Positions 36,001-50,599 of a stretch of DNA of 64,000 nucleotides are shown here, one piece after another. The notes beneath the pieces were generated by a model. The model was not told the DNA's origin, made no database searches, and saw only the letters and a program-made list of their open reading frames with translations. The translations under genes and the position numbers were made by a program. The stretch is from Scenedesmus sp. PABB004 (Eukaryota). Each line of letters begins with the position of its first letter. The stretch's first letter is position 1. The stretch is taken from assembly GCA_014905635.1 (NCBI GenBank), contig JABVCE010000012.1, positions 930,001-994,000 of the forward strand, in the 5' to 3' direction.

Positions 36001-37259
36001 GCGGCAGGTGCGGGCGCGGCGCGCCGCTGGCCGCGCGCTGCGCCGCGGCGCCGGCGGCGGCCAGTCCCGCGGTCGGGCACGGGGCTGAGCACGCGGCTGC
36101 TCTCCCTCCCGCCGCGTGCCCCTCTCTCGCTCCGCCCAGACTTTGCAAACCTTGCGTCTGAGGTCGCCACGATCGAGGCGGCGGGCGCGCAGTGGGTGCA
36201 CGTCGACATGTTTGACGGTGCGGCGCGCGCGCCGCGGCCGCCGGCGCACGTGCCGGCCCGGCCCTTCACGAGATCGCGCGCGCCGCTGACGCGCCGCGTG
36301 CGGCGCATTTTGCAGGAACGTTTGCGCCCAACTTCACGCTCGGCCCGCCCGTGGTCGCGTCGCTGCGCAAGGCGACGCGGCTCTACCTGGACTGCCACCT
36401 CGCGGTCTCGGTGGGTGTTTTCGCCGCCCCATGCGGCCGTCAAACCCGTCACACCACGCGGGCGCCGCGCGTGCGTGGCTCACACCAATCGCGCGCCCTC
36501 CATGGTGCACACACCAGCCGCACGCACGCGCCGCCGCCGCCGGCAGGACCCGGCCAAGTATGTGCCCGCGCTCGCGGCGGCGGGCGCGGACGGCGTCACG
36601 TTTCAAATCGAGCCCTTCCTGGAGGCCGCCGCTGGCGCCGGCGCCGCGGGCGCGCCGACGGCGCGCGGCCTCGCGGCGGCGCTCGCGGCCGACGTGCGCG
36701 CGCGCGGCATGCGCGCCGGCGTCGCGCTCGCGGTCGGCACGGGCGTCGAGGCGGTGCTGCCGCTCGTCGCGGCGGGGCAGGTCGACATGGTGCGGCGGCG
36801 CTGCGGCGCGGCGCGGCGCGGCGCGCGCGCGCGCACCCCGGCTCGCCGCGACTGCTGCAGCGCGCCCCTGCGGCCGCCGCGCCGGCATGCACACACCTAC
36901 ACACCACCCACACGCTCACGCGCGCGTACGCACAGGTGCTGTGCATGACCGTTGAGTGCGGCTTTGGCGGCCAGGCGTTCCAGGCCCACGTGCTCGACAA
37001 GGTTCGCGCCCTGCGCGCCGCGTTCCCGGCGCTGACCATCCAGGTCGACGGCGGCATCAACGCCGACACCGCGCGCGCCGCGGCCGCGGCGGGCGCAAAC
37101 GCGCTCGTCGCCGGCACCGCGGTGTTTGGCGCCCCCGACCGCGCCGCGGCGGTGGCCGCGCTGCGCTCGGCGCTGCTGCAGGAGGGCCTGGCGGCCGCGG
37201 CGGCGGCGGGGGCGGCGGCGGCGGCGGCCGGCACGGCGCCTGCCGCGCGGGCGCGCTGA
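33012..37259 (+). CDS. FGGY pentulose (ribulokinase-like) kinase fused to ribulose-phosphate 3-epimerase
   Basis: FGGY motifs: YVIGVDGGTESLRAGVFD, WAEQ, LWMDMR, GGSDA, TGSSH, EGGQTSTGS, QGNRTP, AGGATKSELWLQIHADV. RPE motifs: ISPSILAADFANL, HVDMFDG.FAPNFTLG, DCHL, LCMTVECGFGGQ, IQVDGGI, VAGTAVF. 16 exons, no stop between the domains. Confidence 0.9.
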
Positions 37260-37678
37260 GCGGCGGCGCCGCCGCGTGCGTGTGACTGCCCCGCCGCCTG
37301 CGCTGCGACCTCGCCCGCGCGTCGCCCCGCGGTCCAGGGCTCAGCGGCGCTCGCTCGCGCGCCGGCGCCACGCGCCGCCCACCCCAGGGCCCCAGCCCGC
37401 CAGGCACGCAGATCGCCAGGCACGCAGCTCCCGCGACCCACGCGCCACGCACGCGCAGCGCCGTGCGCCGGTGCCGAGCGTCGCGCCGCCGCCGCCGCCG
37501 CCGCCGAGCGCCCCTGCGGCCCCGCCCCGCTGCCTGGCGGGAGGCCGGGAACCGCACCGTGGCCGCGCGAGCCCGGCCCCATCGTGAGGCGGCCGGTGAG
37601 GGCGCTGCGAGGCGGCGCGCCGCTGCTGCCGCCGCCGCCGCCGCCGCCGATCCCTGCGACCCGCTGGGCGCGCGGGCG
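37234..37678. repeat. dispersed repeat copy A (inverted relative to 61479-61938)
   Basis: GTCGCCCCGCGGTCCAGGGCTCAGC, CCAGGCACGCAGATCGCCAGGCACGCAGCTCCCGCGACCC and CCGATCCCTGCGACCCGCTGGGCG all occur reverse-complemented at 61.5-61.9 kb. Confidence 0.95.
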
Positions 37679-37707
37679 ACGTGGGATGGCGCTGCCCGCA
37701 GGCGGCC

Positions 37708-39080
37708 ATGTCTGCTCCACCAGCAAGCAAGCGCCACGCCGGGCCGGGCGCTGGCGCCGCGCCGGCGCCGGCGGGCGCGGAGGACGCGGCGGGCGGCGAG
37801 GCTGGCGACGTCGGGTGCGGCCCCGCTGCCTCGAGGCCGCCCGGCAGCACGGTGCCGCGCCAGCCGTGCCCGCTGACCGCGCCGCCGCCGCCGCTGTGTC
37901 GCGCGCGCTGTGCCGCGCGCGCTGCACCAGCCCGCCGGAGCTGCCGCTGCCGCTGGCGCTCAACATCCTCGCGCTGTGGCCCGGCGAGCTGCGCGGCTGG
38001 TGCGCGGCGCGCGTGTGCACGGCGGCGCGTGCGCTCTTCTCCAGCGCCGACGCCACCGGCAGCATCTCGGTGCGCATGCCGGAGCTCTCGCTGGCGGCGG
38101 TGCAGGAGGCCTTCAGCGCAGCAGGCGGCCCGGCGCAGCAGGCGCGGCTGTCGGAGGCGCGCGCGGCGTGCGGCGACCTCGCCGCGCTGGCGTGGCTGCG
38201 CGGCGCCGGCTGCGACATGGGCGACGTGTGCAGGGCGGCGGCTGGCGGCGGGCACGTGCAGGTGCTCGCCTGGGCGCGCGGCCTGTCGCCGCCGCTGGGC
38301 AAGTGGAGCCCGACCACCTGCGCCGCCGCGGCCGCCGGCGGGCAGCTCGCCGCGCTGCAGTGGCTGCGCTCGCGCTCGCCCCGCTGCCCCTGGGGCGCAG
38401 CGGCGTGCTTGGCGGCCGCCGCGCGTGGCGACGTGGAGATGGTGCAGTGGATGCGCGCGCAGTCGCCGCCGTGCCCCTGGGAGGCTGACCTGCCGGCGGA
38501 CAGCATGTGCAGCGCGGCGGCGGGCGCGCCGGACTGGCGCGACGGCCTGGCCCTCATGACGTGGGCGGCCGCGCAGTCGCCGCCCTGCCCCGTGGTGCCG
38601 GAGACCTTTTACGCGCGTGCCGCGGGCGCCGGGCACGTGCAGCTCATGGACTGGGCGGCCGCGCGCGCGGGGTTCAACGCCAAGCGGATCTTGCCGGATG
38701 CGAGCTGCGCCGCAGCCAAGGGCGGCCACGCCGCCGCACTCGACTGGCTTGTGGCGCACGGCGCGCCAATCTCGCCAGAGGCGTGGGCCCTGGGCGGGGC
38801 TGGCGGGCACGTGGGCGTGCTGGAGTGCCTGCACGCACGGTTTGGCAACGTGCCGCACACGTCGCGCCACCACAACGACGACAGCAAAGCTGTTTCGGGG
38901 GCGGCCCGCGCCGGGCAGCTTGCTGCGCTTCAGTGGATGCGGCAGGCCGGCTGGGGAAAGTGGGCGTCCAAGTCCTGGCTGACCGAGACCGCGCGCCGCT
39001 GCGGCCACGGCGCCGTTGTCGCCTGGCTGGAGGCGCTGCCAGGTTATTACTTCCACGCACCACCGCCGCCGGCAGGCTGA
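37708..39080 (+). CDS. F-box-like / ankyrin-repeat protein
   Basis: ATG at 37708 with one intron (37815-37930). F-box-like PELPLPLALNILALWP...ARVC is followed by repeats CRAAAGGGHVQVLAWAR, AAAAGGQLAALQWLR, AAARGDVEMVQWMR and AAAKGGHAAALDWL. Confidence 0.85.
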
Positions 39081-39362
39081 GGCTATGGCTGGCGAGCGCT
39101 GGCCTGCCGGGTGTGTGTGTGTGTGTGTGTGTTGGGGGAGGGCGGCGGCAGCTGCCACGAGCTGTCGGCAGCGCGCGCCTGCGCAGGCGCCGTGTCGCGC
39201 GCGGTCGAATGTCGGTGTCGGGTCCGGGGCACCGAGTTGCAAGCCTGAATGTTGCCAGGTTGCAGGGCCCGACCGCGCCCCGCTGCCAGCACCGCGCGCA
39301 CGGCTCAGGCGCCGGCGGGGGCTGCCGCGGCCTCTGCGCCACCTCCCGCCGCCCGCGCCCGC

Positions 39363-41724
39363 TCAGTCCAGCTCCTCCTCCACCGCCTCCTCGTCCGGCG
39401 CGAGCACGTCGTCCAGGTACGACGCGCCGAGCTCGCTCGCCGCCGCGCCGGGCAGCACGCCCGCGATGAGCGCGTCGAGGCCGAGCCCCGCCGCGGGCCC
39501 GCCCGGCCCGTCGCCGTCCTCGGCGCCGCCGCCGGGCCCGCCGCCCGGCGCGCTGGGGTCATCAGCCATGAGGAAGACGTCATCCATGAGGTCAAAGTCC
39601 TCCTCCTGGTCAGCCTGCGCAGCAGCAGCGGACCGCGCGGCGCACGGCGGCATTAAGGCGCCGCGGCGCGGGGGCGCGTGAGCGCGCGCGCGCGACCGGC
39701 GCTGCGCGGCGCGGCGCGGCACGGTGGGGCGCCCCCCTACGCGCGCCGCGTTCTGCGAGGAGCCCCCCCCCCCCCCCCGCGCGCGCGCAGCTGTCGGGCG
39801 GGCGTTTGAACGCGCGTTCAGTTCACGTTCAAGCGCTCACCCCGGGCGCGTACTTCATGGTCATGGCGCCGATGTTCTCCTTGACGTACGCGTTGAAGCG
39901 CGCGAAGCGCCCGCTCGGGTACCACCGGTGCTCCGCGCGCGCCCACACGGGGTAGTAGTTGTCCCACCTGCACGCCGCACGCCGCAGCGGCAGCGGTCGG
40001 CGGCCGGCGGCCGGCGGCGGCGGCCGGCGGGCGGCGGCGGCGGCCGGCGGGCGGCAGCGGCGGCGGCGGCGGCCGGCGGCGGCCGCGCGGGGCGAGGCGG
40101 GCGGCGCGGCGGCGCGCGCGGGGGGCGCGCCTGTTGCCGGTCTCGTGGTCCTCGAGCTCCACCTCGGCCGTGACGATCGCCATCGCCTTGGCGGTCAGGT
40201 AGCTGCGGCGGCGGTCAGGGGGCGGCGGCGGCGGCGCGTCAGCCCGGCCCGCCGCCCGCGGGCGGGCGCCGCGCTGCCCGCGGCGCCGGCGAGGGCCCCC
40301 CGCGCTGCTCGCGGGCGCCGGGCGCGCGCGGCGCCTCACATGTTTTCGCTCTCCTTGTTCTGCGCGCACAGGAAGCGCCGCGCGTTGCTCTCATACTCCT
40401 CCTGCCGCCAGTCGCGCTCAAACGTGGTCACCCAGTTGGTGTAGCGCAGCCAGTAGTCGGCGGCCGCCCTGCGCAGCGGGCGGCGGTACGAGCGCGGCGC
40501 GGCGGCGGCGGTGCCGTAAGCGCGCGCGTCGGGCGGGCGGGCGGTCTGCGGGCGGGCGGGCCTGGCAGGTGCGCCGCCGCCGCCGCCGCGCCTGCTGCGC
40601 GGCCGCCACTCGGGCGGCATGAACTGCTGCTTCTGCTCCGGCTCCACGATCGTCGTCGCCCACGGCAGCCCTGGCGGCGGCGGCGGCGGCGGCAGCGGGC
40701 GCGCGCGGATCCTCGTGAGCGCGTGCGCGCGCCCGCCTCTGCCGCCGCTGCCTGCGCCTGCCGCCCTTGCCGCCCGCCCGCGGGGCGCACCCGCTTCGTA
40801 GTCGTACACGCCCGGCGGCTCGTCCCCCAGCTCGAGCTCCTCGTCGTCCGCCTCCTCCGGCAGCAGCACCCCGCCGGCGCCGGGCGGCGGCGCCGCCTCG
40901 AGCAGCGCGCCGCCGGCGCCGGCCGCGCCGGGGCGCTGCTGCTGCTGCAGCTGCGGCCGCAGCTGCTGCTGCTGCTGCCCGGCGGGGCCGGCCAGGTCGT
41001 CGAGGGCCTCGTCGCTGACAAAGCCCGGCGCGCCGAGGCCGGCAATGAAGCTGTCGAGCGGCGGCTGGTCAGTCAGCTCGTGCCCCTGCGCCTGGTGCGT
41101 GTAGCTCGGCACGACGAGCGCCGTGTTGTCTGCGGCGGCGGCGGCGCGGCGCGGGCGGGCGTGGGCGGCGGTCGTGGCGGCGGCGGCGGCCGCGCGCCGC
41201 GGGGGCGCCTGCCGGGACGGGGCGCCAGCCGCACCGGTGTAGTCGAGCTCCACGGAGCTGGTGATGTCCATCTCGTAGCTGATCACCCGTTCGTGGTGCG
41301 CCGCCGCATCCTGCGAGCGCGCGGCGCGCGGGACGGCCAGCCGTCGGCGCCCGCTGGCGGTCGCGGCGCCGCTCGCGCCGCGGCGTGCCGCCGCCACGCT
41401 GTCCGCAGCCGGCGGCCGAGCACACGGCCCCTGCAGGCGCGCGCCCAGCCCCGCCCGCTGCCCGCCGCGCCCCCGCACCGCCGCCGCCGCTGCTGCGCCG
41501 CCGGCGGGCTGCTCCGCTGCGGCCTCGGTCTTGCGCGGCCGGCCCCTGCGCTTGGGCTCGGCAGCTGCCGGCTGGCCGGCCGACGGCGCATCGAGGCCGC
41601 CCTCAGAGGTCTTGCGCGGCCGGCCCCGGCCTGCCGCGCGGCAGGCCTGCTGCCGCGCCGCCTGCTGCGCCGGCCAGGGCGCGGGCCGGGCCGCCGCAGC
41701 GGGCCCCCGGCAGCGTAGGAGCAT
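39363..41724 (-). CDS. hypothetical acidic protein, probable plastid transit peptide and two AT-hook-like motifs
   Basis: MLLRCRGPAAAARP...ACRAA is followed by GRGRPRK and KRRGRPRK. Spliced exons HHERVISYEMDITSSVELDY, GLPWATTIVEPE, DYWLRYTNWVTTFERDW and WDNYYPVWAR...VKENIGAMTMKYAP; acidic end ...EEELD*. Confidence 0.7.
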
Positions 41725-41995
41725 GGGGACCTCGTTCGCCACGAGAGCGGGGCGGCAGCGTGGCGCCAGGCGCGGGCGGTGCGCGAGGCCGGCGCTCGGC
41801 TCGACGGGAGCGCGCTCGATGCGGCCGACGCGTGCGGCGTGGTGCGTTACACGCGTGGTGCTCGAGGCGAGCGGAGGCCGCCCGCCGGCTGCGGTGCGGG
41901 CTGAGCCGCCGCGGTTTTCGACGCCGACCGGCCGCTCGGCGTCGGCGCAGCGCGCACGCAAGGACCATCAACGCTGCCCGCGCTGGGGTCGAGCC

Positions 41996-42550
41996 TCACT
42001 CCTTGTAGTCCACCACGCCGTCCTCGCTGATCACGTAGCTCGCCTCGCCCTCGGCTGCGCGCACGGCAGTGGGGCCGATCAGACGCGCGCGCGTGCGAGT
42101 GCACGGGCTGGCGGCGGCAGGCTGCTCCCCCTCCCGCGCGCGCGCGCGCGCGCGCGCCGCACCGAGGGAGGGCGAGTCGACGACCTTGGCGACGCGCTGC
42201 TCGGCCTTGCCCTTGCGCAGGTAGATGCGCTGCGTCACTGCGCAGGCAGACGCGCGGCGCGGGCGGGCGCGCGGAGCGTTGGGCGCCCCCGCGCGCGCAG
42301 GGCACGCCGCGGCGCACCGCCCTCCCCCGCTCCCACGGCCGCCGCCCGCGCGCACCCGCGTGGGCGAGCACGTGGCCGCCGACGGGCTTCTTGGGGTCGA
42401 CCACAAACGTCATGCCGCCGCCGGGGTCGCTCATCACCTGGTTGGTCACCACCTGGTCGGGCCGGGTGCAGCCGGCGCGGCGGCGGCGGGCCGGCGCCGT
42501 CAGCAGCCGCGGGCATAGTGCCTAGTGCGGCGGCGGCGCTGAGCACAAGC

Positions 42551-42614
<64 letters not shown>

Positions 42615-44945
42615 ACCACCGCGAGGTTGAACTCCTCGGCCATGCGCTTGAGGCCCGCCAGGAACTGGCCGAGCCGCTGCTGCCGCTCCGCGAGCTCGCC
42701 GCGGCCCGTGAAGTCCGTCCTGCGGGCCGCCGCCGGCGCCGCGGCGCGCTCAGCGCTGTGCGCCCCGGCGGGCCGCGCCCCGCGCGCCGCCGGGCGGCAC
42801 GCGCCGCCCGTGCACGTGCGCGGCGCGCCGCGAGCGCGCGCGACGGCGTGCACAGCGTGCTGCCAGGGTCAGCAGCAGCACAGGGGCGGCTGCGCGCCTG
42901 AAGAGGGCCATGACTGAGTCGACGATGAGCAGCTTGAACGGGTCCTGCATCAGCTGCGCGCCCAGCTGCGCGCGCCGCGGCGCCGTGCGGCGCCGAGCGG
43001 CGCGCCCGGGCTCGGCGGCCTGCGGGCCGGCGGCCGCGCGAGCGCGCGCGCGCGCGTGCCGGCGGCGCGCCGCACCATGGAGAGCAGGGCCTCCTGGTTC
43101 TCCACGTTGTGCGCGCGCGCCCAGATGACCTGCGGGGCGGCAGCAGCACCCCCGCGCAGTGAGCCGCGGCGGGCGCGGCGCGGGCGCGCGGGCTGGGCGG
43201 CGGGCGCTCGTGCGCAGGCGGGCGCGCGCACGTTGTCGAGCACCGCCTGGGGGTCCAGGTTGTAGCGCGCCGCGATCGCCTGCGCGCGACGGCGGCGGCG
43301 GCGGGTGCGGCGGGTGCGGCGGCGGCGGCACCGTCAGGGCGCATGCGCCCAGCGCCCCGGCCCGCGCAGCGGCGGCGGCGGCGGCGCGTGCGCGCGCGCG
43401 GCGTTGACTGGGTGCCAGCCGGCACACGCGCCATGATGCGCTCCGGGCGGAAGGTCCCCTGGGTGTCGATGTCAGGCGGGCACGGCGCGCGGCGGCGGCG
43501 GCGGCGGCGGTCGGGCGGGCGGCCGGGGGGCAAGGAGCTCGCGCCGGCCGAGTGGGACAGCACAACCCAAACCCTAAACCCCAACCAGCGCAGCGCGGCG
43601 CTGGCGGCGCGCGCCCGCGGGGGCAGGCGGCCGCAGCTGGGGCAGGCCGGGCACGTGCGCTCGCGCGCGCCCTGCTCGAGCTCGAGCGGCGCTGCGCTGC
43701 CGAGGCGGGCGGCAGCCGGGGGCTGCCGCCCGCCCCCACCTCGGTGTCGATGTACGCCGCCTTGGCCGCGCCGCCGCCCTGGCTGATGGGGAGCTGCACC
43801 GTGACGCACATCGTGTGGCAGAGCTGCGTCTTGCCCGTCCTGCGTGACGCGCGCACGTGCAGGCGTGCGCGCGGCGGCGGCGCGTCGCGGGCGCGCCGGC
43901 GCCAAGCCAGGCGCCGCGGCTGCACCAACAGCACCCCCTCCTCTCACACACACGCACACCGCGCCGCGCACCTGAACTCGCCGTAGAGCTCGGTGATGCT
44001 CTTGCTCTCCATGCCGCCGCCCAGCAGCGTGTCCAGCGCGGCCGCGCCCGTGCTCACGCGCACAATCTCGCGCTGCCGCTGCGCGGCGCGGCGCGGCGGG
44101 GCGGCGGCTGGGGCCCCCAGCGCCGCGGCTGCGGCGGCGGCTGCGGCGGCGGCTGCATCGCGCGAGCAGGCGCGGCGCAGGCCGCGCCTTTTGCAGCGCC
44201 TCCGTGCCGGTCATCCAGCTGCCCACGCTGGTGAGCTTGCGCGCCGCCTCGATCATCTGCCGGCGGCGGCGGCGGCGGCGGCGGCGGTCAGCCGCGCGGC
44301 GGCCTGCCGGCGCGCCGGCAGGCGGCGGCCAGCCACCCCACAGACGGCGCGCACCTTGTCGGCCTTGGCCTCGGACAGGCCCTTCACCGCAAACAGCTTC
44401 TGCGCGCCGGCGGCGGGCGGCCGGCGGCGGGCGGGGCGGCGCGCGCTCGGCCGCTGCTGCTGCCGGGCGCGTGCCGGCGCGGCCAGGCCCCTGCGCCGCG
44501 GCGGCGGCGCGCCTTCTTGCTGGTCATTATGAGCGACTGCACGGTGTAGAAGCCGCCCTCCCGCGCCTTGCGCAGGTCGGCTGCGCGGCGGGCGGCGGCG
44601 CTCGCGCGCGGCCGCGCGCAAGGAAACCGTGGCGCGCCGCCGCGGCCGGGCGCGCCGCGCCGCACCCGCGCCGATGCCCATGTCGGTGAGGCACTCGATC
44701 TCCTGGAAGTCGTCCACCGCCACCTCCTCCTCGGCAGCGCTGCGACGGCGGCGGCGCGCGGCGAGCAGCGTGGGGCGGCGCGGCGCGCGAGCAGCGGCGG
44801 GGCGGCGGCGGCGGTAGGCGGCGCGCTGGCGCTCCCAGGGCGCGGGAGAGGCAGCGGGGGGTGGTTCTGGGGCGGCGCGAGCGCCGGCGCACCCGTCCAC
44901 GGCGAGCTGGCCCTCGACGGCGACCTGCTCGACCGCCGCCGCCAT
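41996..44945 (-). CDS. DMC1: meiotic recombinase DMC1
   Basis: [13 protein letters not shown] (Walker A), [19 protein letters not shown], and DMC1-type [34 protein letters not shown] and RKGKAEQR. About 14 introns. TGTAA at 41847-41851. Confidence 0.93.
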
Positions 44946-45884
44946 CGTGCCGGCGCTGCGGGGCGGGGCGGGGCCTGGGCGCACGGGTGCGGGTCCGTTG
45001 AGTCGACCTCAGGCGCGGGGCGGGCGCGCGCGAGCTCGGGGAGGGCGAGCGCGCCGGGGCGCGGCGGGGCGATTCGGACGGCGGGCCGGCGTCGGACGCT
45101 TGGGGCGAGGGACTCGTCGGCGGGGCTCGAAGGCGCTCTGGGCGGGCGGGCAGTCGCTGGGTGAGCCACACGGAGCGCAGGCGGCACGAGCGGTGTGGCG
45201 CTGAACCGCGGCAGTTCGAGTTGCGTGACGCGCAACGCGTGACCGGTCGATTACCAGGCCGATCGCCGCGTTTTGCGTGGCTGCTTACGCAGCAGCCACC
45301 AGCGCGCGCGTCGCGCCACACAAGGCGGCGCCCGCTCGCCCGCCGACGCCGCGCCCGCGCGTCGCAGCCGCAGTGCGGAGTGCGGCGCACGGCCGCCGCA
45401 CGCCGGCTTGGGCACACTACTCTGCGGAGCAGGCAGCAGCGGCACGCGCGCCCAGGGCGCGCCACCTACCTACCTGCGCTGCTGCTGCGTGCGCGGCGGC
45501 CGCCCGCCGGCCGGCAGCGGCCGAGGCGCCCAGCTGGCAGGCGTGCAGGGCGACCAGCGAGCACAGGGGGGGGAGAGCAGAGGGCGTGGCGGGCGACACG
45601 AGCAGTGAAGCAGTCCGAGGGCGTCAACAGACCGCGTGGCGGGGCATCAGCAGGCAGGCGAGGACGGGCACGGCAGCAGGGGGCGGGGCAGGGGCAGCAG
45701 CAGGGGCGGAGCAGGGGCGGGGCGGCGGCGGGGGCGGCGGCGCGCGGCATCAACACCGGCGGGCGTCAGCGCGCGGCGGCGCGGCGCCGCAGCGGGGGGC
45801 CGGGCTGCCCGGCCGCGCCCCGCCCCCCCGACTAACCTACACCCCCGCAAGCCGCGAACCGCGCGCCCGCGCGCGGGGCGCGGC

Positions 45885-49721
<3,837 letters not shown>

Positions 49722-50044
49722 GCCGCCCCGCTGCGCTGCCGGGCGCGGGGGGCGCGGCGCCGCACGCGCGCGGGCGGGCCCAGCGGCGTCGTGGCGCGTG
49801 ACGGTCGCGGTGGGGCGTGTGATTGGCGAGCGGGCGGCGCGTGGGAGGGAGTAGGCTGGGCGGATTTGCTCACCGGTCGATTTCGACCGCGGCTCCTGCG
49901 CCCGCTGGATGATCCCGGCGCGCGCGCACGCCGCGCTCCACTCTCCCCGTGACCCTTGCTCGTCGGCAGCGCCGCAGCTGCCACGGGCCGGCGTTGCGGC
50001 TGTGGGTGCTCTCCGACGTTGGTGCTGCTGGCGCCGCCGCCGCC

Positions 50045-50565
50045 ATGCCGCTCCTGCACCGCCACGGCGGCGCGCTCGGCGAGGACCCTCTGGATGCTCC
50101 GGGCATCGCGCCCGCTCCGGCGCGGCCCCAGGGCCGCGCCAGCCTGGAGCTCAGCGAGCAGCAGGTCGAGCGGGCGCCGTCCTCGTCGTCGGACGAGGAG
50201 GACGAGGCCTTCGCGGCGCGGCGGGGCTGCTGCGCGCGCTGCTGCATCGGCTACAACAGGCTCGCCTTCGCGCCAAAGACCACGGCAGAGAAGTGCGTGA
50301 TGGGCGGCGCCGCAGGCCGGGGCGCCGCGCCGCCGCGCGCCGCGCGCCGCGCGCGACCCGCGCCCAAACGGCGCCGCGCCGCCCGCTGCAGGGTGTGGTG
50401 CGCCCTCATCTGGATCGCGACCGGTGCCGTCGGCATAACGATCTTTGCGGTCGTGCTCCCCCGCTTCGTCCAGAGTGCGCGCCGCCGCGCGCCGCCCGCC
50501 GCGCGCCAGCAGCGCCCCGCGCCGCTGGCCGCGCAGGCGCCCACCGGTGCCCGCAGCGCTCACCG

Positions 50566-50599
<34 letters not shown>

